From the NCBI GenBank assembly GCA_043817315.1, contig JBDRGY010000004.1:64797-128796 (forward strand): 64,000 nt of DNA, in the 5' to 3' direction. The notes under the pieces are model-generated. The model ran no database searches, was not told the DNA's origin, and saw nothing but the letters and a program-made list of their open reading frames with translations. Numbering within the stretch: position 1 is the first letter of the stretch; every line of letters starts with the position of its first letter. A program made the position numbers and the translations under genes. The DNA comes from Patescibacteria group bacterium. GTDB taxonomy: Bacteria > Patescibacteriota > Patescibacteriia > JBDRGY01. Of the stretch, positions 19,095 to 28,676 are shown one piece after another.

Positions 19095-19308
19095 TTATTA
19101 TCTATTTTTGTGCTATAATAAAAGTGTCTTAAAAATATAAACAAAAGGGGGATCTTGCACTACTTGATGCAGGATAAAAACACAAACAAATGCCTTTTGT
19201 TTTTGTAACAATTGATTTAGATTTAATAATTAATTACGCTTCTGTTTGAGGTGTTTTTTTAATGATATTAATTATGAGTATTAGATATTAGTAAAATGAA
19301 ACAAAAAC

Positions 19309-20703
19309 ATGACTAATATGCTTCATTACAAAAGAATACTAGTGCTTGGCGGTAGTGGATTGGTTGGACGAAATATCATTGAGACTTTACTAGAGCAAAA
19401 AGTTTATCATCTTGGGGTAGTGGGACTGAAAGGTGAGTCAAACTGGAAAAATTTAGAAAAAATCGAGAAAGATAAAAAAATCAAAATCAATAAATATAGT
19501 GATGATTTATTAATGCCATCACAATTTGGACGATATTCTTTTAAAAAAAGAGAAACTCCAAAAAATATTGGCAATTTAGTTCGTCTACTCAAACAAGGAA
19601 TCCAAAAGAATGAGATCAGAAAAGAACCTTTATATAAAATCGTTCTTGATTTTCGCCCCGATTATATTATTGATAGCGTGAATACCGCCACGCACTGTGC
19701 CTACAACGAAATATCATCAAACATTGTAGAGGGTGTAGGGATTGGTTCTCTTTTACTGTTACGTTACTATCAAATTTTATACCACCTTTTACGTGATGAT
19801 TTTTGGAGAGAAGAAAAAAAGAAGATACGTATTTTAAAGTATATCAAGATAGGGACAACCGGCATCGGTGGGATGGGTTTAGACATCCCTTTTACTCATG
19901 GCGAAGAAAAACCATCTCTACCTTTATTAAAAAAGGTGGCAATGGCCGGTGCCCAGACAAACATTCTGCTTGCTATGCGTAACAGTCATGGAATCGCCAA
20001 TGTTCAGGAAATAATTCCCGCCACCTCTATTTTTCAGCTCTCTGGTTTTAATAATGATCATGGGGAGATAGACGGTGGTGAAAGTCAGGGCTATGCGCTT
20101 GAAGAATTTCGTTTATTAACCCAGCAAAGTCAGATGGGTCTCATTGATGTTAAAGAACTAGCTAAAATAATTGTAGACGCGTTGCAAAAAGAATATAATC
20201 GTCATGATGTTTTAGAAGCATTTAGGCGATCAGCTGTAACTAAATCAACTCTATCAGTCATGGTGCGCAATCGCGCACTTGAGACTTGGACGCAAGATCA
20301 AACCAAGCATGGAGCGTTAAGCGTGGCGCATGGCAATCTCGGACCGTGGCGGACACGGAAATTACTGTTTGAGCTTTTTATTCTACTAAATTGTTACCAT
20401 ACTAATAAAACTAACTTTTGGCGACTGTCAGCTCAAAAAATTCAAAAACACATCAAAACGGATCTTTCAAAAAATATTCCGTTACAAAAAGAAATAAAAC
20501 GATCAGGGTTACGCGTGTCAACTTCAGCTATGCGAGACCAAGTCGTTTCTGATAAACACATTGATTTGTCAACAATAAATATAACAAGATGGCGAAAGGC
20601 CTTGCAATCACTAGGGCTTAAGAATAAGCTTATATCTTTATACGCAGGTGATATATTGGCACAATTAATTGAACAACAACATGACCTTAACGCTATACCA
20701 TAA
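19309..20703 (+). CDS. NAD(P)-binding Rossmann-fold oxidoreductase-like protein
   Basis: 464 aa. It has an N-terminal GxxGxxG (ILVLGGSGLVGRNI) and an AT-rich composition. No finer family assignment is possible by eye. Confidence 0.45.
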   Translation: MTNMLHYKRILVLGGSGLVGRNIIETLLEQKVYHLGVVGLKGESNWKNLEKIEKDKKIKINKYSDDLLMPSQFGRYSFKKRETPKNIGNLVRLLKQGIQKNEIRKEPLYKIVLDFRPDYIIDSVNTATHCAYNEISSNIVEGVGIGSLLLLRYYQILYHLLRDDFWREEKKKIRILKYIKIGTTGIGGMGLDIPFTHGEEKPSLPLLKKVAMAGAQTNILLAMRNSHGIANVQEIIPATSIFQLSGFNNDHGEIDGGESQGYALEEFRLLTQQSQMGLIDVKELAKIIVDALQKEYNRHDVLEAFRRSAVTKSTLSVMVRNRALETWTQDQTKHGALSVAHGNLGPWRTRKLLFELFILLNCYHTNKTNFWRLSAQKIQKHIKTDLSKNIPLQKEIKRSGLRVSTSAMRDQVVSDKHIDLSTINITRWRKALQSLGLKNKLISLYAGDILAQLIEQQHDLNAIP

Positions 20704-20717
20704 AGACTATTTTACCT

Positions 20718-22301
20718 TTGCGGGATATGTTAAGTTTTACATCTATGACTAGTGATAGGAATATATTAAATTTGATTTATAGAAACTCATATAAGGATTT
20801 TATAAATTATTATAGCCTATCTTCGGATAGTTTTTTTAATCTGTTTGCAAAAGAATCACCCGAAAGAATTGAAGATCAAGGACAAAAAATGGCATTGAAG
20901 CTATTTCGTAAAGCCTCAAAACAAATTCCCTCTTATGCCAAGTTTTTAAGAGAAAATGGTGTCAACCCAAAAAATATTAAATCAATAAGAGACTTTAAGT
21001 CTTTACCTATAATCACCAAAAAAAATTATCTCAAGAAATACAACCTTAAAGATCTCAGCTGGGACGGGCTTTTTCAAGATTTGCATTTAGTTTCGGTAAG
21101 CTCTGGTTCAACAGGCGAACCATTTTTTTGGCCAAGGGGCTTGGGTTTGGAATATGAAACCGAGTTGGAGTACGAAATCATTCTTAAAAACATATTTGAA
21201 GCTGATAAAAAAAAGACCCTATTTATAATTGGCTATGCTATGGGAATGTATGTAGCGGGCGTCTTTACACTGAATAGTGTAATGAATTTAGTTAAAAAAG
21301 GATATCCTTTAACTATTGCAACCCCTGGCTCTGATAAAGATTCCATTTTACGTATTATTAGAAATCTTGGAGGTCATTTTGACCAAACTGTCATTGCGGC
21401 CTACCCCCCTGTCCTTAAAGACGTAATTGATAAAGGAGTTAAAGAGAATATTGAATGGAGGAAATACCATTTAAAATTTATTTCTGGCGGAGAAGGGTTT
21501 AGTGAAGAATTCAGAAAATATATTTACGAAAGGATTAGCGCAAAAAATTACTATAGAAGTTTTGTCAATACATATGGCAGTGCTGATGCGGCAATCTTGG
21601 GTCATGAAACGCCTTTATCAATATACATCAGAAAACTCGCTTCGGAAAATGAAAGTTTACGTAGGACTTTATTTAAAGATAACAGACTCCCTTCACTACT
21701 TCAGTATTACCCCCCATTTAAATATTTTGAAGAAGTTGACGGGAGTTTAATTCTTACTACGTACGGAGGAATCCCACTAATCAGATATTCTATCGGAGAC
21801 ACTGGTGGAAAAATTCCTTTTATTAAAATGAGTAATATACTTAAAAGCGCCGGCGTTGATATTGAAAAAGAGATGACCAGGTATGGATGTATGAACACTA
21901 TTACAAAATTACCTTTTGTTTATTTGTTTGGCAGAGCGGACAATACAAAAATATTTTATGGGGCAAATATATATCCGGAACATATTAAGAATTGTCTCGA
22001 GCAAAAAGATATAATTCACCAAGTTACGGGTAAATATTTCACTGATATTCTGTTTGACAAAAATCACAATCAGACTTTTTATATAGCCATTGAATTAGCC
22101 CACGGCGTGAGTATAAGTAACCAGTTAAAAGAAAAAATAGTGAATGTCATACACTATAACCTATTGGCTATTAATGATGAGTATAAATATCTCGCCCAAA
22201 CTATCGGCAAACGTATTTACCCATCGGTTGAAATATTTTCCTATGGTGACCAAAAATATTTTTTACCGAAAATAAAGCCACGATATGTCAAAAAGAATTA
22301 G
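20718..22301 (+). CDS. PaaK / coenzyme F390 synthetase-like adenylate-forming enzyme
   Basis: 527 aa. The N-terminal region (GVNPKNIKSIRDFKSLPIITKKNYLKKY, then SSGSTGEPFFWPR) matches the phenylacetate-CoA ligase family pattern (..GV.P..I.S..DL..LP...K..L, then SSGTTGKP). Confidence 0.6.
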   Translation: MRDMLSFTSMTSDRNILNLIYRNSYKDFINYYSLSSDSFFNLFAKESPERIEDQGQKMALKLFRKASKQIPSYAKFLRENGVNPKNIKSIRDFKSLPIITKKNYLKKYNLKDLSWDGLFQDLHLVSVSSGSTGEPFFWPRGLGLEYETELEYEIILKNIFEADKKKTLFIIGYAMGMYVAGVFTLNSVMNLVKKGYPLTIATPGSDKDSILRIIRNLGGHFDQTVIAAYPPVLKDVIDKGVKENIEWRKYHLKFISGGEGFSEEFRKYIYERISAKNYYRSFVNTYGSADAAILGHETPLSIYIRKLASENESLRRTLFKDNRLPSLLQYYPPFKYFEEVDGSLILTTYGGIPLIRYSIGDTGGKIPFIKMSNILKSAGVDIEKEMTRYGCMNTITKLPFVYLFGRADNTKIFYGANIYPEHIKNCLEQKDIIHQVTGKYFTDILFDKNHNQTFYIAIELAHGVSISNQLKEKIVNVIHYNLLAINDEYKYLAQTIGKRIYPSVEIFSYGDQKYFLPKIKPRYVKKN

Positions 22302-23448
22302 TACATATAAACCACTGATACTTAACCCGAAAAGCAAAGGGGGTCTCAGAAAGTTAGATAAGTTGCTTAAAACTGCAAATTTTGTAGTTGACGAAATTGA
22401 GGGCCAAATGACAGAACTTTTTCAAGTCCGTCATCCAAAAATTTTATTAAGCAAAATAACCAGATCCCAATTATTAGATTTTAAAAACTCATTTTATAAA
22501 GAGAGAGATAAAAAATTCTTTGGTTTTTGGGTATATTATCCTTGGAATAAACATCTCGTACATTTTTTGCACGAGGAACTACACACAGAAATCCGAACTT
22601 CTCGTAACAGAAATTTGATAACCAAAAATGAGCAAGATAAATTCTACAACGCGTCGATTGCTATAGCCGGTTTGAGCGTAGGCAATAGCTCGGTTGCCAC
22701 TCTGTTATACACAGGAGGGCCCAAGAATATGCGTTTGGCGGATCACGATCGTCTTGCTGCCTCGAATATTAATAGAATCAGAACCACTTTTACCAAAGTT
22801 GGCCAAAAGAAAACAGATATAGTAGCACAAGAAATTTATGAAGTCAATCCATACGCTAATTTAAAATTATATAGAAATGGGCTAAACATAAAGAACATTA
22901 GAGATTTTCTATTACAACCAAAACCAGTAGATGTTTTAATAGAAGAAATGGATAATCTCTTTCTAAAAATACAGATCAGACTTTTAGCCCGCAAGTATGG
23001 GATTCCTGTTATTATGGCGGCAGACAACGGAGATAATAATATATTAGATATTGAGAGGTTTGATCTGGAGCCTAACCAGCCCCTTTTGCACGGTGATGTC
23101 CCGGAAGAAGAATTATTAAAAATCACCCCAAATACATCAAAAGTCGACGCGGCAAGAATAATCTCTCGCTGGGTCCATCCCGAAAATGTTATGCCTAGAA
23201 TGCAAAGTTCCTTGTTAGAAATTGGAAACACGTTATTCACCTGGCCGCAACTTGGGAGCGCCGCTTTTCTTGCAGGATGCACCTTAGCGTATACGGCGAG
23301 GAAAATAATTTTGGGCGAGCCAATAAAGCATGGTAAATATGTTATTTCTTTGGATGATATTATAAATCCAGAGTATAAATCGGACAGTTTCCTGCGCAAA
23401 AGAGAGAATCAAACGGAAAAGTTTAAAAAAGCATTAAATTTGAACTAA
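22285..23448 (+). CDS. ThiF/MoeB/E1-like adenylyltransferase family protein
   Basis: 387 aa. The nucleotide-binding pattern IAIAGLSVGNSSVATLLYTGG...L.D.D....SNINRI is typical of the ThiF/HesA family. The start overlaps the previous gene by 17 nt. Confidence 0.6.
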   Translation: MSKRISTYKPLILNPKSKGGLRKLDKLLKTANFVVDEIEGQMTELFQVRHPKILLSKITRSQLLDFKNSFYKERDKKFFGFWVYYPWNKHLVHFLHEELHTEIRTSRNRNLITKNEQDKFYNASIAIAGLSVGNSSVATLLYTGGPKNMRLADHDRLAASNINRIRTTFTKVGQKKTDIVAQEIYEVNPYANLKLYRNGLNIKNIRDFLLQPKPVDVLIEEMDNLFLKIQIRLLARKYGIPVIMAADNGDNNILDIERFDLEPNQPLLHGDVPEEELLKITPNTSKVDAARIISRWVHPENVMPRMQSSLLEIGNTLFTWPQLGSAAFLAGCTLAYTARKIILGEPIKHGKYVISLDDIINPEYKSDSFLRKRENQTEKFKKALNLN

Positions 23449-26255
23449 TGGATTTATATATTCTCATTATCATAGGCGTTGTAAATATCTTATTGGGGTT
23501 ACGTGTATTAATTAATAATTCCCGGTCGGCTACCAATAAACTCTTCTTTCTATTTATCTGTATTACCATTGCCTGGTCGACTGCAAATTATATCGCAACG
23601 TCTTATCTAAATGTACTAAACGTTGAGCAGTCAATTTTTTGGGTACGTTTGACCATGTTCTTTGCCGTACCACAAGCAGTGTCATTTTTCTTCTTAGTGC
23701 ATACTTTTCCCGAATCAAGGATGGTATTGAAGAAAAAATATTTCTTCGGCCTAATCTTTTTCGCCACCGTTACGATGATAGTTGCTCTTTCACCATTCTT
23801 ATTTGTATCTGTCGCTATCCAAGATGGCACTGCAACTCCAAATCCCGGTCCAGGCATGGCTCTTTTTCTTCCCGTCGCAGTGGGATCTGTTATCGCTGGG
23901 TTAATTAAACTAATCAAAAAATATATTAGAGCTTCGAGCTTAGAGAAAATTCAGTTACGGTATATTTTTCTTGGCCTATTTTTTATGTTCTTATTAATAC
24001 TCACATTCAATTTTGGCTTCGTTGTATTTTTAAAGGACATATCTTTTGTAACTTTCGCCCCTCTCTTTACTCTACCGTTTCTTGTCACAATTTTTTACGC
24101 CATCACGCGCCACCGCTTCCTAGACATCCGCGTCATCATTTCCCGTTCCATTATCTACTTCTTCCTAGTCCTAGCTGTCACCTTTGCTTTCTCCGGCACT
24201 ATCTTTGTTTTCGGCGCTTACTTTCAAGGAGTCCTGGGCGGAAATGCTATTCTGACCTCTCTGGCTGTCTCTCTCATCATTGTCCTAGGATTAGAACCAC
24301 TAAAAAGATTTCTGGGCAAAGTGACTGATAGAATTTTCTTTAAGAGTGCAGTGGATTACGGTGTAGTTCTAAAGAAATTGTCGGAAATTTCTTCGCGGGA
24401 AATCGATATCTACAAATTAGTCCGTTCGACTAACAAGAACCTTAATGAATTGCTGAAAATCAGCAGGTCATTGATTATTTTGGAAAACAAGAGTGGTCAT
24501 TTCGAAGCTAAGGAAAAAGTGTATCTGGATGAATATATTATTTTGAAGAAAAACGGGCCCTTGATTTCCTATATCAAGAAAGATAAATCCTTGATTATTC
24601 TGGAAGAATTGGATCGGGAAATATCGGACATGGCTGACGAGAGGAAAAGAGCAGTTCTGGAGAAAGTCAGAGAAGAGATGGAAAAATATCAAATTGACGC
24701 TTGCGTACCCATTACCGCCCAGGACAAGATGAACGCCATTTTGATCTTGGGCCGTAAGCTGTCCGGTGATACTTATTCCAGTGAAGACATTAAATTGCTC
24801 GATGTCTTATCACCGCAAGTCGGATCCGCTATTGAAAAAGCCAAATTGTACGACGAGGTCAAGAGCTTCGGCTTGCGGATGAGAGAAGAAGTGAAGAAAG
24901 CAACCGGGGATTTGCGCCAGGCCAATATCGCTTTGCAGGAGAGAAACCGGTTCTTGACCGCTTTGCAGAAAATCTCCAACATGGTTTCCCATACCTTGGA
25001 TTTTGATAAAGTAACCCAAAACATCGTTGATGCCATTGCCAAAGAAGTTGGTTTTATTGGCGGACTGCTGCTGATGATCGATAAAGAAAATGATCGGATC
25101 TACCCCCAAGCTCTGACCCAGTCTTCCTTGACCAAACAGGTCTTAAAGATTATACCAAAGCCTTTTAGAGAGTATTATTCCAAGTTTTCGACTGATAAAA
25201 CAATAGATGCCATGGCTGCCAAAACCGGCCGCATCAAAATCGGCAGTGGTTTTGAGCAGTTTATCTCACCACCCCTTCCCAAACCGGTTTGTTATGCAGT
25301 CAATAAGATGTTAAAAGTTAAAAGTATCGTGGCTGTGCCCATTTTCTCAGAGAATGAGGTGATTGGAATCATTGATTTCGTTTTAGCCAAGGAAGAGGGT
25401 GAAATTTCCCAACAAGAAATCGAAATGATGAAAGCGATTGCTGACCAAACAGGTATCGTAGCCAGTAACTTGCGTTTGTTTGAACAGATACAGAAAGCCA
25501 ATAACGAATTAGAGAAAGTCAATAAACACTTATTGCAGCTGGATAAAGCCAAGTCCGAGTTTATTTCCATTGCTTCCCATCAGTTAAGAACTCCCATGAC
25601 CGGGATTATGGGCTATCTGTCCATGTTAACTTCTGGCGATTTTGGCAAGATTGATCCCAAGATCAGTGGAATTCTGGCTGATTTATTAAAAGCCTCAAAG
25701 CGAATGATCCGTTTGATCAACCTTTTCTTGAATGTTTCCAGGATTGAGGCTGGTCGTTTTACCCTAGACCTGGCCAAAATCGATATGGTAAACTTGATTG
25801 ACACCGAGATTAAAGAAGTTATCAACATTGCCAAAGAAAAAGGATTGAAGCTGATTTTCAAAAAACCGGTTAAACAAATACCACCCGTAATGGCTGATGA
25901 ATCTAAGGTAGCTGATATAATCTTGAACTTAGTCGATAACGCAATCAAGTATACCCCCAAAGGTAACATCACAGTGACCATTGATCGTTATTATGATGAT
26001 AAAGTGATAGTCAGGGTCAAAGATACCGGCATGGGTATTGATACCGATGAGGCCCATAAGCTGTTTGGTAAGTTTGCCCGCGGGGAGGGGATGGCCAGAG
26101 TCAATCCTGACGGATCGGGCCTGGGCTTGTTTATTGCCAAGCGTGTAGTAGAAGCTCATGACGGAAATATCTGGGCCGAATCAGAGGGCCAGGATAAAGG
26201 ATCAACTTTTCAATTTATTTTACCAATCGATGGACCCAAAAATAAAAAGTTCTAA
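23448..26255 (+). CDS. sensor histidine kinase (7TM, GAF, HisKA, HATPase_c)
   Basis: 935 aa. It has a 7TM N-terminus, a coiled coil, an H-box (SIASHQLRTPMTGIMGY), an N-box (LVDNAIKYT), and G-boxes (DTGMGID, GSGLGLFIAKRVV). Confidence 0.85.
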   Translation: MDLYILIIIGVVNILLGLRVLINNSRSATNKLFFLFICITIAWSTANYIATSYLNVLNVEQSIFWVRLTMFFAVPQAVSFFFLVHTFPESRMVLKKKYFFGLIFFATVTMIVALSPFLFVSVAIQDGTATPNPGPGMALFLPVAVGSVIAGLIKLIKKYIRASSLEKIQLRYIFLGLFFMFLLILTFNFGFVVFLKDISFVTFAPLFTLPFLVTIFYAITRHRFLDIRVIISRSIIYFFLVLAVTFAFSGTIFVFGAYFQGVLGGNAILTSLAVSLIIVLGLEPLKRFLGKVTDRIFFKSAVDYGVVLKKLSEISSREIDIYKLVRSTNKNLNELLKISRSLIILENKSGHFEAKEKVYLDEYIILKKNGPLISYIKKDKSLIILEELDREISDMADERKRAVLEKVREEMEKYQIDACVPITAQDKMNAILILGRKLSGDTYSSEDIKLLDVLSPQVGSAIEKAKLYDEVKSFGLRMREEVKKATGDLRQANIALQERNRFLTALQKISNMVSHTLDFDKVTQNIVDAIAKEVGFIGGLLLMIDKENDRIYPQALTQSSLTKQVLKIIPKPFREYYSKFSTDKTIDAMAAKTGRIKIGSGFEQFISPPLPKPVCYAVNKMLKVKSIVAVPIFSENEVIGIIDFVLAKEEGEISQQEIEMMKAIADQTGIVASNLRLFEQIQKANNELEKVNKHLLQLDKAKSEFISIASHQLRTPMTGIMGYLSMLTSGDFGKIDPKISGILADLLKASKRMIRLINLFLNVSRIEAGRFTLDLAKIDMVNLIDTEIKEVINIAKEKGLKLIFKKPVKQIPPVMADESKVADIILNLVDNAIKYTPKGNITVTIDRYYDDKVIVRVKDTGMGIDTDEAHKLFGKFARGEGMARVNPDGSGLGLFIAKRVVEAHDGNIWAESEGQDKGSTFQFILPIDGPKNKKF

Positions 26256-26655
26256 AAAGAGATCAATTTTAATCGTGGAAGATGAACAGATTATTGCTGA
26301 CATGTATGTCAGGGTGTTTGAGATGAGGCCCTTCAAAGCTTTTGTGGCTAGAAATTATGAAGAAGGCTTGGCACTGTTTGAGAAGGTTTTTCCGTCGTTT
26401 GTCTTGTTGGATTTGTTATTACCACAGCAAGGTGCGATTGAAGCCGATTATGCAGGTGAACCAGTGGGACTTACTTTGCTTCGGAAGATCAGACAGCACC
26501 CCGAAGGGCAGGACACTACAGTTATTGTACTTACCAATTTGGCCCAAGATCTTCACAAAAAGCAGGCGATGAATCTGGGAGCAGATCTGTATTTGGTTAA
26601 AGCAGAAATTGAGCCTGTGCAGTTAGTAAAGAGAGTTGACTCTTTGGCCAGATAG
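26230..26655 (+). CDS. single-domain response regulator (receiver only)
   Basis: A receiver fold is present: ILIVEDEQ, the phospho-acceptor region FVLLDLLLP, and TVIVLTNL. There is no output domain. The start overlaps the histidine kinase stop by 26 nt. Confidence 0.65.
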   Translation: MDPKIKSSKKRSILIVEDEQIIADMYVRVFEMRPFKAFVARNYEEGLALFEKVFPSFVLLDLLLPQQGAIEADYAGEPVGLTLLRKIRQHPEGQDTTVIVLTNLAQDLHKKQAMNLGADLYLVKAEIEPVQLVKRVDSLAR

Positions 26656-26670
26656 TGCGATAATTAGTGC

Positions 26671-27657
26671 ATGACACGGGGGAAATTCTACGAATTTTTA
26701 AATAAACTTAGGAAGGATTTTTTGTTAATCGGCCCCAAAAAAGAAAGGGGCGATTTATTTTTTTCCAAGTTGAATACAGCAAAAGAATTTGCCTTAACCG
26801 ACGAATTTCCTTTTTATCCGCCCAAAAAGTATTTAGTACCTCAAGCTGAGGTGCTTTTTGAGTTCCAGGGACATAAGTTGAAAGAAGTGCTGCCGGTAGT
26901 TAAAAATCAGATCCTGCTGGGGATTAACCTGACTGATTTAAAGGCAGTGATGCTATACGACCAGGTATTTGAAAAAGACCCCTATTATCAAAAAAGGCAG
27001 CAGGAAACAGTTATTACCGGGCAAACAGTCTTACCGGTAGAAAAAGGAACAGCCAATATCTTTGGTGAAAAACTGGAGGAGGATGTCTTGGAACATCTAA
27101 AGTTTGATATCCTTTTCGGAAAGCATAAAGATAAAATTAAATTCTTCACCGGTTCAGAGCAAGGACAGAATATCCTGGATAAATACAAAGTAAAGGATTA
27201 CCAGCACGTAAATTTCCAGGGACCGATTCCGGAACAGGGAGTAGCCGCCAAGGCGATAGCTGATTATAAAAAAGTGAAAAATTCGGCTGCGGCCAATGTC
27301 TGGGAAGAGTTGGGTAAAAAATGTATTGCCTGCGGCAAGTGCACCACGGTCTGTCCTACTTGCTTTTGTTTCCAAATCCTTGATAAGCCTTGTACTCAAC
27401 CCAACACTGGATTACGCTGCCGGGAATGGGATTCCTGTTTTTACAATAATTTTTCCAGGATAGCAGATGATCAAAAATTCCTGAAGTCAGTCAATGAGAG
27501 AATCTATTTTTGGTACCAACATAAATTTGTACGTATTCCTGAAGACTATCAATTTACCGTGCCAGGTTGTATCGGTTGTGGTCGTTGTATTAAAGTCTGC
27601 CCAGTGGGCATTGATATAAAAAAAGTGTTAGACAGTCTGAAACGATATGAAAAATAA
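26671..27657 (+). CDS. hydrogenase/sulfhydrogenase beta-type Fe-S subunit (2x[4Fe-4S]; AsrA/HydB-like)
   Basis: It has two ferredoxin-type Cys clusters, CIACGKCTTVCPTCFC and CIGCGRCIKVCP. It is linked to the gamma, delta and alpha subunits downstream. Confidence 0.6.
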   Translation: MTRGKFYEFLNKLRKDFLLIGPKKERGDLFFSKLNTAKEFALTDEFPFYPPKKYLVPQAEVLFEFQGHKLKEVLPVVKNQILLGINLTDLKAVMLYDQVFEKDPYYQKRQQETVITGQTVLPVEKGTANIFGEKLEEDVLEHLKFDILFGKHKDKIKFFTGSEQGQNILDKYKVKDYQHVNFQGPIPEQGVAAKAIADYKKVKNSAAANVWEELGKKCIACGKCTTVCPTCFCFQILDKPCTQPNTGLRCREWDSCFYNNFSRIADDQKFLKSVNERIYFWYQHKFVRIPEDYQFTVPGCIGCGRCIKVCPVGIDIKKVLDSLKRYEK

Positions 27658-28474
27658 TTACCAAACTAAAGAAGCCAAAATAGTGGATATCAAACCAGAA
27701 GCACCTGGTCTTAACATGTACACTTTACAGTTAATATCGGCGGCCGAACGCAATTCATTCCGCTTTGACCACGGTCAGTTTATGGAATTCAGCTTGCCGG
27801 GTTATGGCGAATCACCGTTTGATGTTTGTTCTACCCAGGAAATTATTAAAAAGAAACTGATCCAAGTTTGCGTTCGTAAGGTAGGTAGAGTTACTGAAAG
27901 GATTCACCAGCTAAAAAAAGGCGATTTAGTGGGGATACGCGGACCATACGGTTACGGTTGGCCTACTATTTCCCAATTGAAAAAGAAAAATGTCTTGGTG
28001 ATTGGCGGTGGCATCGGTTTGATCCCCATGCGCTCAATTGTCGAAGAATTATGCGGACAGCCCGACTGGAAAAAGAAACTGACAGTTTTTTATGGGGCGC
28101 GTAACACCAAGGAATTTATTTTTAAGGACAGGTATAAGTATTGGAAACAGCACTCTGACTTAAGAATCACCATTGATTGCCAAGAAAAAGCCTGGGCCGG
28201 CTGTACCGGAGTAATCACAGTTTTGTTCGACCAATGCGAAGTTAATGAAGATACCTATGCCTTAGTTTGCGGACCGCCTATCATGTTTAAGTTCGTTTTA
28301 GCCAAATTGAAAAAGGCTCGCCTCCCCGAAAAAAACATTTTTCTTTCTCTGGAACGCCGCATGGATTGCGGAGTCGGTATTTGCCAGCACTGTGCTATTG
28401 GTCCCTATTATGTCTGTAAAGACGGACCGGTGTTTCGCTACGACAAAATTAAGAACATAGGAGGAGCTATTTAA
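27647..28474 (+). CDS. hydrogenase gamma-type FAD/NAD(P)-binding subunit with C-terminal [2Fe-2S] (PyrK/HydG-like)
   Basis: 275 aa. It has an FAD-binding beta barrel (RFDHGQFMEF), an NAD-binding motif (VLVIGGGIGLIPM), and a C-terminal CGVGICQHC...C cluster. Confidence 0.65.
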   Translation: MKNNYQTKEAKIVDIKPEAPGLNMYTLQLISAAERNSFRFDHGQFMEFSLPGYGESPFDVCSTQEIIKKKLIQVCVRKVGRVTERIHQLKKGDLVGIRGPYGYGWPTISQLKKKNVLVIGGGIGLIPMRSIVEELCGQPDWKKKLTVFYGARNTKEFIFKDRYKYWKQHSDLRITIDCQEKAWAGCTGVITVLFDQCEVNEDTYALVCGPPIMFKFVLAKLKKARLPEKNIFLSLERRMDCGVGICQHCAIGPYYVCKDGPVFRYDKIKNIGGAI

Positions 28475-28475
28475 A

Positions 28476-28676
28476 ATGTGTTTAGTCATACCCTCACAAG
28501 TAAAAAAAATAAATGAGAAACTAGCGGTTGTTGATCACCAGGGCCAGGAGAAAACGGTTCAGGCCGATTTGGTTAAAGTAAAAGTAGGGGATTGGGTATT
28601 TACCCAGGCCGGGTTTATCGTTAAAAAATTATCAAAATCAGAAGCATTAAAAACATTGGAGTATTATGAAAAATAA
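28476..28676 (+). CDS. hypC: hydrogenase maturation chaperone HypC/HupF family
   Basis: 66 aa. The MCLVIPSQV N-terminus is the hallmark MCL[AG]IP of HypC. Confidence 0.7.
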   Translation: MCLVIPSQVKKINEKLAVVDHQGQEKTVQADLVKVKVGDWVFTQAGFIVKKLSKSEALKTLEYYEK

